Shown in pieces: positions 45,754 through 54,902 of a DNA stretch of 64,000 nucleotides. Under the pieces are notes generated by a model. It did not search any database. It was given only the letters and a program-made list of their open reading frames with translations, and was not told the origin of the DNA. The DNA comes from Kiritimatiellia bacterium (GTDB lineage: Bacteria > Verrucomicrobiota > Kiritimatiellia > CAIQIC01 > JAGNIJ01), in NCBI GenBank assembly GCA_018001225.1, contig JAGNIJ010000009.1, forward strand, positions 821 to 64,820. Reading direction: 5' to 3'. Each line of letters begins with the position of its first letter. Position 1 is the first letter of the stretch. A program made the translations under genes and the position numbers.

Positions 45754-47352
45754 ATGAAAACATGTATGGTGGCCGCCCTGGTGAGCCTGGGATGCCTCGC
45801 CGCCGCGGCCGAGGATCTTGCCGTGAGAGACGCCGACGAGCTTGCGGCGGCCCTGGCCCGCGCCGAATCCGGCGACCGGGTCCTGGTGAGCCGAGGCCAA
45901 TACGCGGGCAATTTCACGGTATCGCCGGGCGTTTCGCTGCTCGGGGAGCCCGAGTTCATGCCGGGTGGCGGGATCATGCCCGAGTTGTCCCCCTGGGGCG
46001 ACACGCCCATTGTCGTGGCGCTGACCGATGCCGGCGAGAAGCACCCGACACAGGTGCGCGGGCTGTTCTTCACCGGCGCCAAGAGGTCCGCCGTCGAGGT
46101 GCGGGGCGACGGCGTCGGCTATGTCTGCCACAACATGTTCGAGCAGAACCGCGGCCCGCGGGGCGGCGCGATTTACTCCGAGGCCGACGGGACGATCTAC
46201 ATCCAGACGAACTATTTCAGTTCCAATACGGCGGAGACGGACGGCGGGGCCGTGTACATCGGCGGCACGGCCGGCGTTTCGCTGCGCATGAACGAGTTCC
46301 TGCGCAACGGGGCGGGCGCGAGCGGCGGCGGCTTCGCGGTGCGCGGGACCAACCTGGTGGCCTCGGACCGGGATTTCTTCATGGACAACACGGCCGCGCA
46401 GGATGGCGGGGGCGTGTCCGTGGTGCTGAATCCGAAACAGGTCATTCTGAATCGGGCCAGCTTGTTTGACGGCCGGGCCGGTCGCGACGGCGGGGCCGTG
46501 TCGGCGGACCGGGCCACCGTGATCATCCTCTATGGCTCGTCGAGCGGACACAGGGCCGGCCGGCATGGAGGCTTTCTCTCGGTGATCGGCGGCGCCGCCG
46601 GGGTCGGCTCGCACAGTGGCCATTCGGCCACGGCCGCGGAGTGCGGCGGCGGCGTCTACTCGGAGGCTTCCACGCTCTCGTGCCAGGGCAGCGAGTGGAT
46701 GTCCTGCGCGGCGCGGTTTGGCGGCGGCATGGCGATACGGACGATGCCGGCGGCAGGCACTCCGCCGCTTGTCCAGCGCAACACCTTCAAGCAGAACCGG
46801 GCGGTCAAGGACGGCGGGGCGTTGTACCTGGCGGACCTGAAGGAGGCCCGGGTCGAGAACAACGTGCTCTTCATGAACACCGCGGGAATCGGGGACGGAA
46901 TGGTGCTCGAGCCCGATGCGACGGCGCTCGTGGATCACAACACCATCGCCCACATCGAGTATCGTTCAGGCCAGCCCCTGCCGGTGGCCGAGGCCATACG
47001 CGTCCGCGGGGCGGGCAACACCACGCGCGTGGTGAACAACATCATCGCCGGGCACGCCCGCGGCGTCATCGGAGACGCCGGCGGCCGGGTCCAGGTCCTG
47101 GGCAACGATTTCTGGCTCACGCTGCTACCCTGGCGCGACGTGCCGAACCCGGCGGGCCTGCTCAACCGGCAGGGCATCAATCCCGTCTTCGTGCAGTTCG
47201 ATCCGCGGCGGATGATCGGAGACCTGCACCTGCAGCCGAACTCGCCGTGCCGCAACGCGGGCGTCCTGCCGGTCCTCACGACCGTGGACCGCGACGGGCG
47301 GCGGCGCGACGCCCAGCCCGACCGCGGCGCCTACGAACTGCCGGCCCTCTGA
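45754..47352 (+). CDS. Secreted right-handed beta-helix protein with Pmp-like N.A..GGA(I/V) repeats and C-terminal anchor-Q motif (532 aa)
   Basis: Signal peptide; repeated N.A..DGGAVY; DLHLQPNSPCRNAG...DRDG..R...PDRGAYE. Confidence 0.8.
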   Translation: MKTCMVAALVSLGCLAAAAEDLAVRDADELAAALARAESGDRVLVSRGQYAGNFTVSPGVSLLGEPEFMPGGGIMPELSPWGDTPIVVALTDAGEKHPTQVRGLFFTGAKRSAVEVRGDGVGYVCHNMFEQNRGPRGGAIYSEADGTIYIQTNYFSSNTAETDGGAVYIGGTAGVSLRMNEFLRNGAGASGGGFAVRGTNLVASDRDFFMDNTAAQDGGGVSVVLNPKQVILNRASLFDGRAGRDGGAVSADRATVIILYGSSSGHRAGRHGGFLSVIGGAAGVGSHSGHSATAAECGGGVYSEASTLSCQGSEWMSCAARFGGGMAIRTMPAAGTPPLVQRNTFKQNRAVKDGGALYLADLKEARVENNVLFMNTAGIGDGMVLEPDATALVDHNTIAHIEYRSGQPLPVAEAIRVRGAGNTTRVVNNIIAGHARGVIGDAGGRVQVLGNDFWLTLLPWRDVPNPAGLLNRQGINPVFVQFDPRRMIGDLHLQPNSPCRNAGVLPVLTTVDRDGRRRDAQPDRGAYELPAL

Positions 47353-47385
47353 ACGGGGTGGCGGCCTGACTTCAGTTCGGCGCGG

Positions 47386-47410
47386 CCCCTGCCGCCTTGG
47401 GCGGCAGGGG
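47386..47410. terminator. Perfect 11-bp hairpin downstream of the beta-helix gene (possible terminator)
   Basis: CCCCTGCCGCC-TTG-GGCGGCAGGGG; no clear U-tract. Confidence 0.45.
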
Positions 47411-47451
47411 AAGACGTTCATCAACTAACGCGCTACAGCCCCCGAACGTAT

Positions 47452-47616
47452 TCACCCGCGGCGCAAGGCCGCGGGGTCTCCTTGAGCAAGTCAGCCTAAG
47501 TCCAAAGTTTCCAAACATTGGAAAAAAACGGCCTGAATTTTCCAATGATTGGAAAACCCGGCCGCGCCGTTTCCAGGCAGGGGAAGACCGGGCCGCGGAG
47601 CGGGTCTCGGCGTCTT
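47452..47616. repeat. 165-bp direct repeat, copy 1, carrying two TTTCCAA-N3-TTGGAAA palindromes
   Basis: Identical to 47749-47913 except at two positions (CCTAAG/CCCAAG; TCGGCG/TCGACG); offset 297 nt. Confidence 0.9.
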
Positions 47617-47623
47617 AGATTTC

Positions 47624-47719
47624 GGGCTCGCAGGAGCTCGCCCCTCCATGATTCCTGCCACTGGAGGGCGGAGTTCCCGCCTTCGCGCAAGGGCTACGGC
47701 GGGCAAGCTTGCGACGCCG
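47624..47719. repeat. Composite REP-like element: TGGAGGGCG doublet with an inserted CCGCCTTCGCGCAAGGGCTACGGCGGGCAAG hairpin
   Basis: Matches 6946-7004 apart from a ~31-nt palindromic insertion at about 47677-47707. Confidence 0.65.
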
Positions 47720-47748
47720 TTCGTACCGCCTCTCACCCGTACCTGGTA

Positions 47749-47913
47749 TCACCCGCGGCGCAAGGCCGCGGGGTCTCCTTGAGCAAGTCAGCCCAAGTCC
47801 AAAGTTTCCAAACATTGGAAAAAAACGGCCTGAATTTTCCAATGATTGGAAAACCCGGCCGCGCCGTTTCCAGGCAGGGGAAGACCGGGCCGCGGAGCGG
47901 GTCTCGACGTCTT
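47749..47913. repeat. 165-bp direct repeat, copy 2
   Basis: See copy 1 at 47452-47616. Confidence 0.9.
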
Positions 47914-48354
47914 CTCCGACCGGAGGTCGCGGGAGGGCGGAACCGTTCCTCCAGCAGCGGCCGACGCGCCGCGTCTTTGCCGACACGCGGCTATGGAATG
48001 TATCCTGAATGATGGCTACGTCATGTTCGCGATTCCTTTCATGGCACGGACCGCTCCGTGTCCGGTCCCGGATGTGGCGGCGCGGACGATGAAAAGGCGA
48101 AGCGGTGTCCAAGAATAGAAAGGAAGACAGGCGTTCTCATTCCACGAAAAAAGAGGAGAATCTGAAACGGCTTCCGGGCCAAGCGATTGTGACCCCGGCG
48201 AAGGTGGCCGGCCGGAAAATGTGACGGAAGAGCTTGACCCGGTATGTATGGAAAATAAAGTAATAGACCGCCTTAATGGGGAACAGGGAGTTTTCAGGAG
48301 GAACTCCGGGGTGGGCGGCACGGGAGGTTTTTTCAGGAGGCAAGGGGGCGGAGC

Positions 48355-51276
48355 GTGTTTGTATTGGGGAGGGCGGGATTGAAGGCGTCGGGGGTGGCGT
48401 TGGCGATGCTCGCCGGCTGGGCGGGCATTGTTCACGCGGGTCGCGTGTTCTTCCAGGACTTCACTAATTCCACGGACTGGGCCGCGTATCGCGGCGCGGG
48501 ATCGAACTGCTTCAACGCCTTCATCGTCAGCAGCGGCGGGAATCCGAGCAACCAGTACCGGATCGTGGACGAGGCGCTGGAGGCCGCGCGCACCAACTAC
48601 GTCTCCTGGTCGCTATGCCGGCTGACGGACCTGAACGTCAACGGCTACGCGCAGTACGAGATCGAGATGAATATCGTGACGGTCGAACAGGCCGGCGCGG
48701 GCGTGATGCACTTTTACTTCGGCGACGGGCTGCACAGCAACGCGAACTCCGAGGTGACCAGCGTGCTGGCCATGAAGTTTTCGATCGAGACGCTGGACGG
48801 GAACCGGTTCCGCGCGTACTACGGGAACTGCAGTTCCCGGACGAATTCCGGGACCGTCAAGATGACGGTCATCGTCAATTCCTCGGACGAGCCCCGGGAG
48901 TACACCGATCCGCGGGGGCTGATCCAAACCGTCGGCGGCGGGAACGTCGATGCCTGGTGCGGCGACGAGCTGTGGGTGGACGAAATGGGCAAGATCAAGG
49001 CCGGCGTCCGGCCGCGGGAATTCAAGATCCATTCGCAGAGCGGTTTTGCGGTGACCCGTTTCCCGTCGTTCACGGTCTATAACCGGCCGCCCGGGGAAGA
49101 GGAGATCTACGTCTGGGCGGACAGCGCGGAGGACGGTCCCGGCGAGGAGTGGTCCAACGCCTTCCACACGATCCAGGCCGCGGTGGACGCCGCGCCGACA
49201 GGGGCGGTCATTGTCGTGACGAACGGCGTGTACAGCGAGGGCGGCAGGCCGGGCCCTGGCTCGGTCCTGACCAACCGGCTTTGTGCGACCAACGCGATCA
49301 CCGTGCGCAGCGTCAACGGCGCGTCGAACACCGTCATCGTGGGCGCCGGCCCCTGCGGCCCGGGCGCGGTCCGGGGCGTGTACCTGGGAGGGCGGGCGGC
49401 GCTGATCGGCTTTACCGTCCGTGGCGGACACACGCTGACGAACGGGGATCCGGCGCTGGACCAGTCGGGCGGCGGCGTGCTGTGCGAAGCCGGGGCCGTC
49501 GTGGAGGATTGCATTCTCTTGGAGAACGCGGCCTGGCAGGACGGCGGGGGAGTCCGGGGCGGCGCGCTGGTAGGGTGCGAACTGACGGGGAATACGGCCG
49601 GCGGGACGGGCGGGGGAAGCTATGGCGTGAGCTTGAAGAACTCCGTTCTGCAGTTCAACGAGGCGAAGAACTGGTCCGGGGGCGGCGGCGCGGCGGAAAG
49701 CCAACTGACGAATTGTATCGTGCGCGAGAACATTGCCTCCTCGGGCAAGGCGGGCGGGGCCTGGCGCTGCACGCTGGCCGGCTGCGTGGTCAGCGGCAAT
49801 ACCGCCGCCGTCCACGGCGGGGGTGCGAGCGAAAGCGCGCTGCGGAATTGCCTGGTGATCCGGAACCAGGCGGATGAGCGGGGCGGCGGCGCGGCGGCCG
49901 GCGACCTGTATTCGTGCATGATCACCGGGAACCTGGCGCTGGTCGGCGGCGGGGCTTGGAACTGCAGCCTGACCAACAGCACGGTCTCCGGCAACGAGGC
50001 GGACTATGGCGGCGGTGTGGCCGAATGTTTCGGACTGGGCGCCTGCGTGTTGGCGGGCAATCGCGCGACCTGCGGCGGCGGGGCCTGGAACAGTATACTG
50101 ACCGACTGCGAATTGGTCGCGAATGCGGTGAGCAACGGCGCCGGCGGCGGGGCGCACGAGAGCGTGCTGAACGCCTGCCGGCTGGACGGCAATCGTTCGG
50201 ATGGCGCCGGCGGGGGCGCGTACAATTCCTCGCTGGCGGCCTGCGTGCTGAACAGCAACATGGCCGCGTGCGGGGGCGGGGCCGCCACGGGCACGCTTTC
50301 CGGGTGCACGATCGTCGGGAATGAGGCGGAGCAGGGAGGAGGGACCTGGTGGGCGAACCTGACCGCCTGCCTTGTGGCGAGCAACTCCGCGGCGGACGGC
50401 GGCGGGGTGTACGAGGGTTTGCTGAACGGCTGCCGGGTGGAGCACAACGAGGCGGAAAACGGGGGCGGGGCCTGTCATGGCGTCCTGTTCAACTGCCTGC
50501 TGGTGGGCAACCGGGCCACGGGCAGCGGCGGGGGCGGCTGTCACAGCGAGCTTCACAGTTGCACGGTGGTGGGCAACGAGTCGGCCATTGGGGCGGGGCT
50601 TTACAACGGCACCGCCGTCAACACGATCCTGTATGTCAATATCTGTCCCGGCGGGCAGGACCATACGAATAGCGTGTTGAGTTACTGCCGGGCCACGCCG
50701 CCGGCGGACGGACCCGGCAACATGACGAATGACCCCTGCTTCCTGGCGGCCGCCACCGGCGACTACCGGCTGGCGGCGACGTCCTGCTGCATCGGCAGCG
50801 GCGTCGAGGAGAGCTGGATGACCGAGCCGGGTTGCCGCGACATGGCCGGCCTGCCGCGCGTCGTCGGGGAGACGGCGGACCTGGGTGCCCATGAATATCC
50901 CTACACCGCTTCCGGCATTTATGCGCCGTGGCTGGAGCAATTCGGGTTGCCGCTGGACGGCTCCGTCGACGGCCAGGATCCGGATGGGGACGGTTATTCC
51001 ACGTGGCAGGAATGGCGGGCCGGAACCGTGCCCACGAACGGGCTTTCATATTTCCGGTTCGCTTGGAGCGGCGGCGGGCCATCGGACGGCCGCGTGTTGC
51101 GCTGGCCCAGCCTGCCCGGCCGCACCTACGCAGTGGAGCGTACGCAGAACTTGATGATCCCCGGGATGGAGCTCATCGCCTCCGGCCTGCCGGGCCTCGA
51201 GGGGTTCACGACCTATACGGACACCACGGCGAACGCTGCGCAGCCGTCTTTTTACCGCGTGCAGGTCGAGGAGTAG
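48355..51276 (+). CDS. Secreted protein: unknown N-terminal domain, Cys-rich beta-helix/anchor-Q module, C-terminal shared module (973 aa)
   Basis: Signal peptide; IYV.ADS....W.NAFHTIQAAVDAA; many GGG..x.L.xC.(L/V).GN.A repeats; ADLGAHE; DPDGDG; ends FYRVQVEE. Confidence 0.83.
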   Translation: MFVLGRAGLKASGVALAMLAGWAGIVHAGRVFFQDFTNSTDWAAYRGAGSNCFNAFIVSSGGNPSNQYRIVDEALEAARTNYVSWSLCRLTDLNVNGYAQYEIEMNIVTVEQAGAGVMHFYFGDGLHSNANSEVTSVLAMKFSIETLDGNRFRAYYGNCSSRTNSGTVKMTVIVNSSDEPREYTDPRGLIQTVGGGNVDAWCGDELWVDEMGKIKAGVRPREFKIHSQSGFAVTRFPSFTVYNRPPGEEEIYVWADSAEDGPGEEWSNAFHTIQAAVDAAPTGAVIVVTNGVYSEGGRPGPGSVLTNRLCATNAITVRSVNGASNTVIVGAGPCGPGAVRGVYLGGRAALIGFTVRGGHTLTNGDPALDQSGGGVLCEAGAVVEDCILLENAAWQDGGGVRGGALVGCELTGNTAGGTGGGSYGVSLKNSVLQFNEAKNWSGGGGAAESQLTNCIVRENIASSGKAGGAWRCTLAGCVVSGNTAAVHGGGASESALRNCLVIRNQADERGGGAAAGDLYSCMITGNLALVGGGAWNCSLTNSTVSGNEADYGGGVAECFGLGACVLAGNRATCGGGAWNSILTDCELVANAVSNGAGGGAHESVLNACRLDGNRSDGAGGGAYNSSLAACVLNSNMAACGGGAATGTLSGCTIVGNEAEQGGGTWWANLTACLVASNSAADGGGVYEGLLNGCRVEHNEAENGGGACHGVLFNCLLVGNRATGSGGGGCHSELHSCTVVGNESAIGAGLYNGTAVNTILYVNICPGGQDHTNSVLSYCRATPPADGPGNMTNDPCFLAAATGDYRLAATSCCIGSGVEESWMTEPGCRDMAGLPRVVGETADLGAHEYPYTASGIYAPWLEQFGLPLDGSVDGQDPDGDGYSTWQEWRAGTVPTNGLSYFRFAWSGGGPSDGRVLRWPSLPGRTYAVERTQNLMIPGMELIASGLPGLEGFTTYTDTTANAAQPSFYRVQVEE

Positions 51277-51350
51277 TCCGGGCGGCGCCCCTTTCTCCTT
51301 GCATTCCCCACGGGCGTTGGGGATAAAAATGCCGTGGCCGCATTGACGCC

Positions 51351-51728
51351 ATGAACTGTCCCGCGTGCAAAGCATCCATGGCCATCCTGGAGTACAACGG
51401 GGTGGAACTGGATTTCTGTTTTTCCTGCAAGGGCTGCTGGCTGGACGCCGGCGAACTGGGGCTGATCCTCAACGGCACGCCCGACCGGCCCGACGACCTG
51501 AAACTGGAGAGCGCTGCCCGCGGGAAGCGGCGCTGCCCGCGTTGCGGGTCGCGCATGCTTGTCGGCCTGGCGCCCGCGACCGGCGTCGAGGTGGATGCCT
51601 GCCCAGCCGGGCACGGCGTATGGCTGGACGCCGGCGAACTGGAGCAGGTGGCCCGGTCGCGGGAACCTTCGGAGCGGACCGCGGCCGTGGCCGCGTTCTG
51701 CGCGGATGTTTTCGGAAAAGCGAAATAG
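51351..51728 (+). CDS. Double zf-TFIIB-type Zn-ribbon protein (125 aa)
   Basis: MNCPAC...VELDFCFSCKGCWLDAGEL and CPRC...VEVDACPAGHGVWLDAGEL, a tandem duplication. Confidence 0.8.
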   Translation: MNCPACKASMAILEYNGVELDFCFSCKGCWLDAGELGLILNGTPDRPDDLKLESAARGKRRCPRCGSRMLVGLAPATGVEVDACPAGHGVWLDAGELEQVARSREPSERTAAVAAFCADVFGKAK

Positions 51729-51742
51729 AAAAGGAGAACACC

Positions 51743-52294
51743 ATGGGCCTCTGGATTGTCATCGGCGTGCTCGTACTGCTGGTCCTCGCGTACATCGGGA
51801 TGTACAACAGCCTCGTCTCGCTGCGGAACCAGGTGAAGAACGCCTGGTCGCAGATCGACGTGCAGCTCAAGCGCCGCCACGACCTGATCCCCAACCTGAT
51901 CGAGACGGTGAAGGGGTACGTCAAGCACGAGAAGGAAACGCTGGAGAATATCACCAAGGCCCGCACCAGCGCCATGCAGGCCAGCGGCGCGGCCGCGGCC
52001 GGCAAGGCGGAGGGCGAATTGAGCGGGGCCATCAGCAAGCTGATGCTCGTCGTCGAGAACTACCCCGAGCTCAAGGCCAACCAGAACTTCCTTGCCCTGC
52101 AGGAAGAGCTGTCCTCGACGGAGAACAAGGTGGGCTTCTCGCGGCAGTTCTATAACGACGCCGTCCTGCGCTTCAACACGAAGGTCGAGACCTTCCCGTC
52201 GAACATCGTCGCCAACATGTTCGGCTTCAAGCAGGCCGAGTTCTTCGAGATCCAGGTCGCCGCCGAGCGCGAGGCGCCCAAGGTGCAGTTCTAG
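51743..52294 (+). CDS. lemA: LemA family protein (183 aa)
   Basis: TM helix, YN.LV.LRN.V.NAWSQIDVQLKRRHDLIPNL, E.YPELKAN.NF..LQ.EL..TENK..FSRQFYND; AAGGAG RBS. Confidence 0.95.
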   Translation: MGLWIVIGVLVLLVLAYIGMYNSLVSLRNQVKNAWSQIDVQLKRRHDLIPNLIETVKGYVKHEKETLENITKARTSAMQASGAAAAGKAEGELSGAISKLMLVVENYPELKANQNFLALQEELSSTENKVGFSRQFYNDAVLRFNTKVETFPSNIVANMFGFKQAEFFEIQVAAEREAPKVQF

Positions 52295-52304
52295 GAACGG
52301 ATCC

Positions 52305-52356
52305 GTAGGGGCGTCGCTTGCGACGCCCTCGGGCGCCGGCGAGCGGCGCCCCTGCA
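52305..52356. repeat. GTAG-type REP element (52 bp), second copy
   Basis: GTAGGGGCGTCGCTTGCGACGCCCTCGGGCGCCGGCGAGCGGCGCCCCTGCA, compare 33485. Confidence 0.8.
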
Positions 52357-52371
52357 AAGCGTTCTGCCGCC

Positions 52372-53622
52372 ATGTGGGAAACCATCCAGTCGAACAAGCG
52401 CAAGTCGGCGGTGCTGATCGTCCTGCTGGCGTCGGTCCTGATCTTCCTGGGCTACGCGATGGGCATGGCGATCGACCCGGCCGCCGGGGTCCTCGGCGCG
52501 CTGGGCGCGATGATCATCTGGGTGGTCCTGACGCTGGTCGCGTTTTCCGGGGGCGAGAAGGTCCTGCTCGCCTCGGCCGGCGCGCGGGAGGTGTCGCGGG
52601 AGCAGGCGCCGCAGCTCTACAACCTGGTCGAGGAGATGAAAATCGCCTCCGGCCTGCCCGCCATGCCGCGGATTTTCATCATGGACTCCGACGTGCCGAA
52701 CGCCTTCGCCGTCGGGCTCAAGCCCGAGCGCGCGGCGGTGGCGGTGACGACGGGGCTCATGGCGCGGCTGAACCGGGACGAGCTGCAGGGCGTGATCGCG
52801 CACGAGATCGGCCACATCTCCAACCGCGACACCCTGTTCATGACCCTCGCCGGCGTCATGGTCGGCGCGATCGTCATCCTCGCGGACGTGTTCATGCGCA
52901 GCCTGTGGTTCCGCGGAGGGAGCCGCCGCTCCTCGTCGTCGAAGGGGGGCGGCCAGGCCCAGGCGATCCTGGCCATCGTGGCGATCATCGTCGCGATCCT
53001 CGCGCCGCTGCTGGCGCAGATCCTGTACTTCGCCTGTTCGCGCAAGCGCGAGTACCTGGCCGACGCGTCCGCCGCCCAGTTCACGCGCTATCCCGACGGC
53101 CTGGCCTCGGCGCTGGAGAAGATCTCGCAGTTCAAGCCCGGCGCGCTGAAGGTGAACAAGGCCGTTTCGCCGATGTTCATCATCAACCCGCTTGCCGCGG
53201 CGGGCGGCGGCGCGTCCCTGTTTAGCACGCACCCGCCGACGGCGGACCGCATCCGCGTCCTGCGCGGGATGGGCAAGAGCGCCTCGCTGGCGGCGTACGA
53301 GGAGGCCTTCCGCGCCGCGCACAAGGGCTCCGGCGTCATCGCGTCGCGCGACCTCGGCGCCTCGGTCGAGGCCGCGACCCGGGAGGCCGCGGCGGGGCCC
53401 GCGGCCGCCGACCCGGCCGCGCAGTGGCGGTCCGCTCGCGACGTGCTGCACCAGGTCAACCGCTTCCTGGTGCTGCCGTGCGCCTGCGGTCTGAAGATCA
53501 AGCTGCCGCCCGACTTCAAGGACGGTTCCGTCACCTGCCCGCGCTGCGGCACGAAGCACGAGGTGCCCGTCGCGGAGCTGGCCGCGGCCTCCATCGCCCT
53601 CGACGCGGCCGCCCGGAAATGA
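52372..53622 (+). CDS. htpX: HtpX-like M48 zinc metalloprotease with C-terminal Zn ribbon (416 aa)
   Basis: PNAFAVG, VAVTTGL...LNRDELQGVIAHEIGH (HExxH), SRKREYLADA, LFSTHPP..DRI; C-terminal CAC...CPRC. Confidence 0.88.
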   Translation: MWETIQSNKRKSAVLIVLLASVLIFLGYAMGMAIDPAAGVLGALGAMIIWVVLTLVAFSGGEKVLLASAGAREVSREQAPQLYNLVEEMKIASGLPAMPRIFIMDSDVPNAFAVGLKPERAAVAVTTGLMARLNRDELQGVIAHEIGHISNRDTLFMTLAGVMVGAIVILADVFMRSLWFRGGSRRSSSSKGGGQAQAILAIVAIIVAILAPLLAQILYFACSRKREYLADASAAQFTRYPDGLASALEKISQFKPGALKVNKAVSPMFIINPLAAAGGGASLFSTHPPTADRIRVLRGMGKSASLAAYEEAFRAAHKGSGVIASRDLGASVEAATREAAAGPAAADPAAQWRSARDVLHQVNRFLVLPCACGLKIKLPPDFKDGSVTCPRCGTKHEVPVAELAAASIALDAAARK

Positions 53623-54902
53623 CCGGCCCGCGCGCCATCCTCCTCCGCGGCGCGCGCCGCCTCGATCCCGTTCGCGGTCTGGATGAGACCGGCGATGTCT
53701 TTATCGTGGACGGACGCCTGGCCGAGGTTCCCGCCCAAACGCCGGACGGAACCGAAATCATCGAGGCCCGGGGCCTGGCCGTCGCGCCGGGGTTCATCGA
53801 CCTGCACGTGCACCTGCGCGAGCCGGGCGGCGAGGACGCCGAGACGATCGAGACCGGCTGCCGCGCCGCCGCGCGCGGCGGGTTCACGGCCGTCGTCGCC
53901 ATGCCGAACACCCGGCCGCCGCTCGATACGCCCGAACTCGTGGCCGCGCAGATCCGGCGCGCGGCGGAGGTCGGGCTGTGCCGGGTCCTCCCGTCGGCCT
54001 GCATTACGAGCGGCCGGGCGGGCGGCGCGCTCGCGCCGCTGGCCGAACTGGCCGCGGCGGGCGCCTGCGCGTTCACGGACGACGGCTCGACCGTGGCGGA
54101 CGAAGACCTCATGCGCCGCGCGATGGAGCAGGCTGCCGCGCTGGCGCGCCCGATCCTGGACCATGCGCAGGATTCGGCCCGCGAGCAAGAGGGCGTCCTG
54201 CACGAGGGGGCCTGGTCCGCGCGCTGGGGGCTGCCGGGCATTCCGTCGGAAGCGGAAGTCGCGGTCGTCGAGCGGGACATCCGGCTCGCGTGGGAAACAG
54301 AGTGCCGCGTTCACATCCAGCACGTGTCCGCCGCCGGCAGCGTGGAGGCGCTGCGCCGCGCCCTCGCCGCGGGTTGGCCGGTCACCGGCGAAGCCACGCC
54401 GCACCACCTGGCCCTGGCCGACGCCGACGTGCGGCCGGACGACGCCTGTTGGAAGATGAATCCGCCGCTCCGGTCGGAATCGGACCGCGCCGCGCTGGTC
54501 CGGGCGGTGGAGGAGGGGACGCTGTCGGTCCTGGCGACCGACCACGCCCCGCATACGGCGGCCGCGAAGGCGCGCGGGTTTCTCGAGGCGCCGTTCGGCG
54601 TGATCGGGCTGGAGACGGCCGTCGGCGTGACGTACACCGAGTTGGTGATCCGGGGCCGGATGAGCGCGCTCGACTGGGTCCGCCGCTGGACGGTCGGCCC
54701 GGCGCGGGTGCTCGGCCTGGCGGAGCCGTCGCTCGCGCCCGGCGCGCCGGCGGACCTAGTCCTGCTGGATTTGGAATCGGAGTGGATCATCCGCGCGGAG
54801 GCGTTCGCCTCGAAGTCCCGGAACACGCCGTTCGAGGGCCGGCGGGTGCGGGGCCGCGCCGCGCGGACGTTCCTGGGCGGCCGGGTGGTTTCTCGGGCGT
54901 AA
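53619..54902 (+). CDS. pyrC: Dihydroorotase, type I (427 aa)
   Basis: PGFIDLHVHLREPG, AA.GGFT.V.AMPNT.P, FTDDG, HI.HVS, EATPHHL, KMNPPLR, ATDHAPH, AP.GV.GLET, SKS.NTPF.G; ATGA overlap with htpX. Confidence 0.92.
   Translation: MTGPRAILLRGARRLDPVRGLDETGDVFIVDGRLAEVPAQTPDGTEIIEARGLAVAPGFIDLHVHLREPGGEDAETIETGCRAAARGGFTAVVAMPNTRPPLDTPELVAAQIRRAAEVGLCRVLPSACITSGRAGGALAPLAELAAAGACAFTDDGSTVADEDLMRRAMEQAAALARPILDHAQDSAREQEGVLHEGAWSARWGLPGIPSEAEVAVVERDIRLAWETECRVHIQHVSAAGSVEALRRALAAGWPVTGEATPHHLALADADVRPDDACWKMNPPLRSESDRAALVRAVEEGTLSVLATDHAPHTAAAKARGFLEAPFGVIGLETAVGVTYTELVIRGRMSALDWVRRWTVGPARVLGLAEPSLAPGAPADLVLLDLESEWIIRAEAFASKSRNTPFEGRRVRGRAARTFLGGRVVSRA

Noticed and set aside
47452-47913. CRISPR array or IS element
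   Set aside because: Only two long repeats with a single spacer, no cas or transposase gene, and repeat length far beyond CRISPR range
47491-48435. Short ORFs such as 47518..48012 (MEKNGLNFPMIGK...) and 47709..48008
   Set aside because: They are translations of the palindromic duplication and REP elements, with no RBS or family signal
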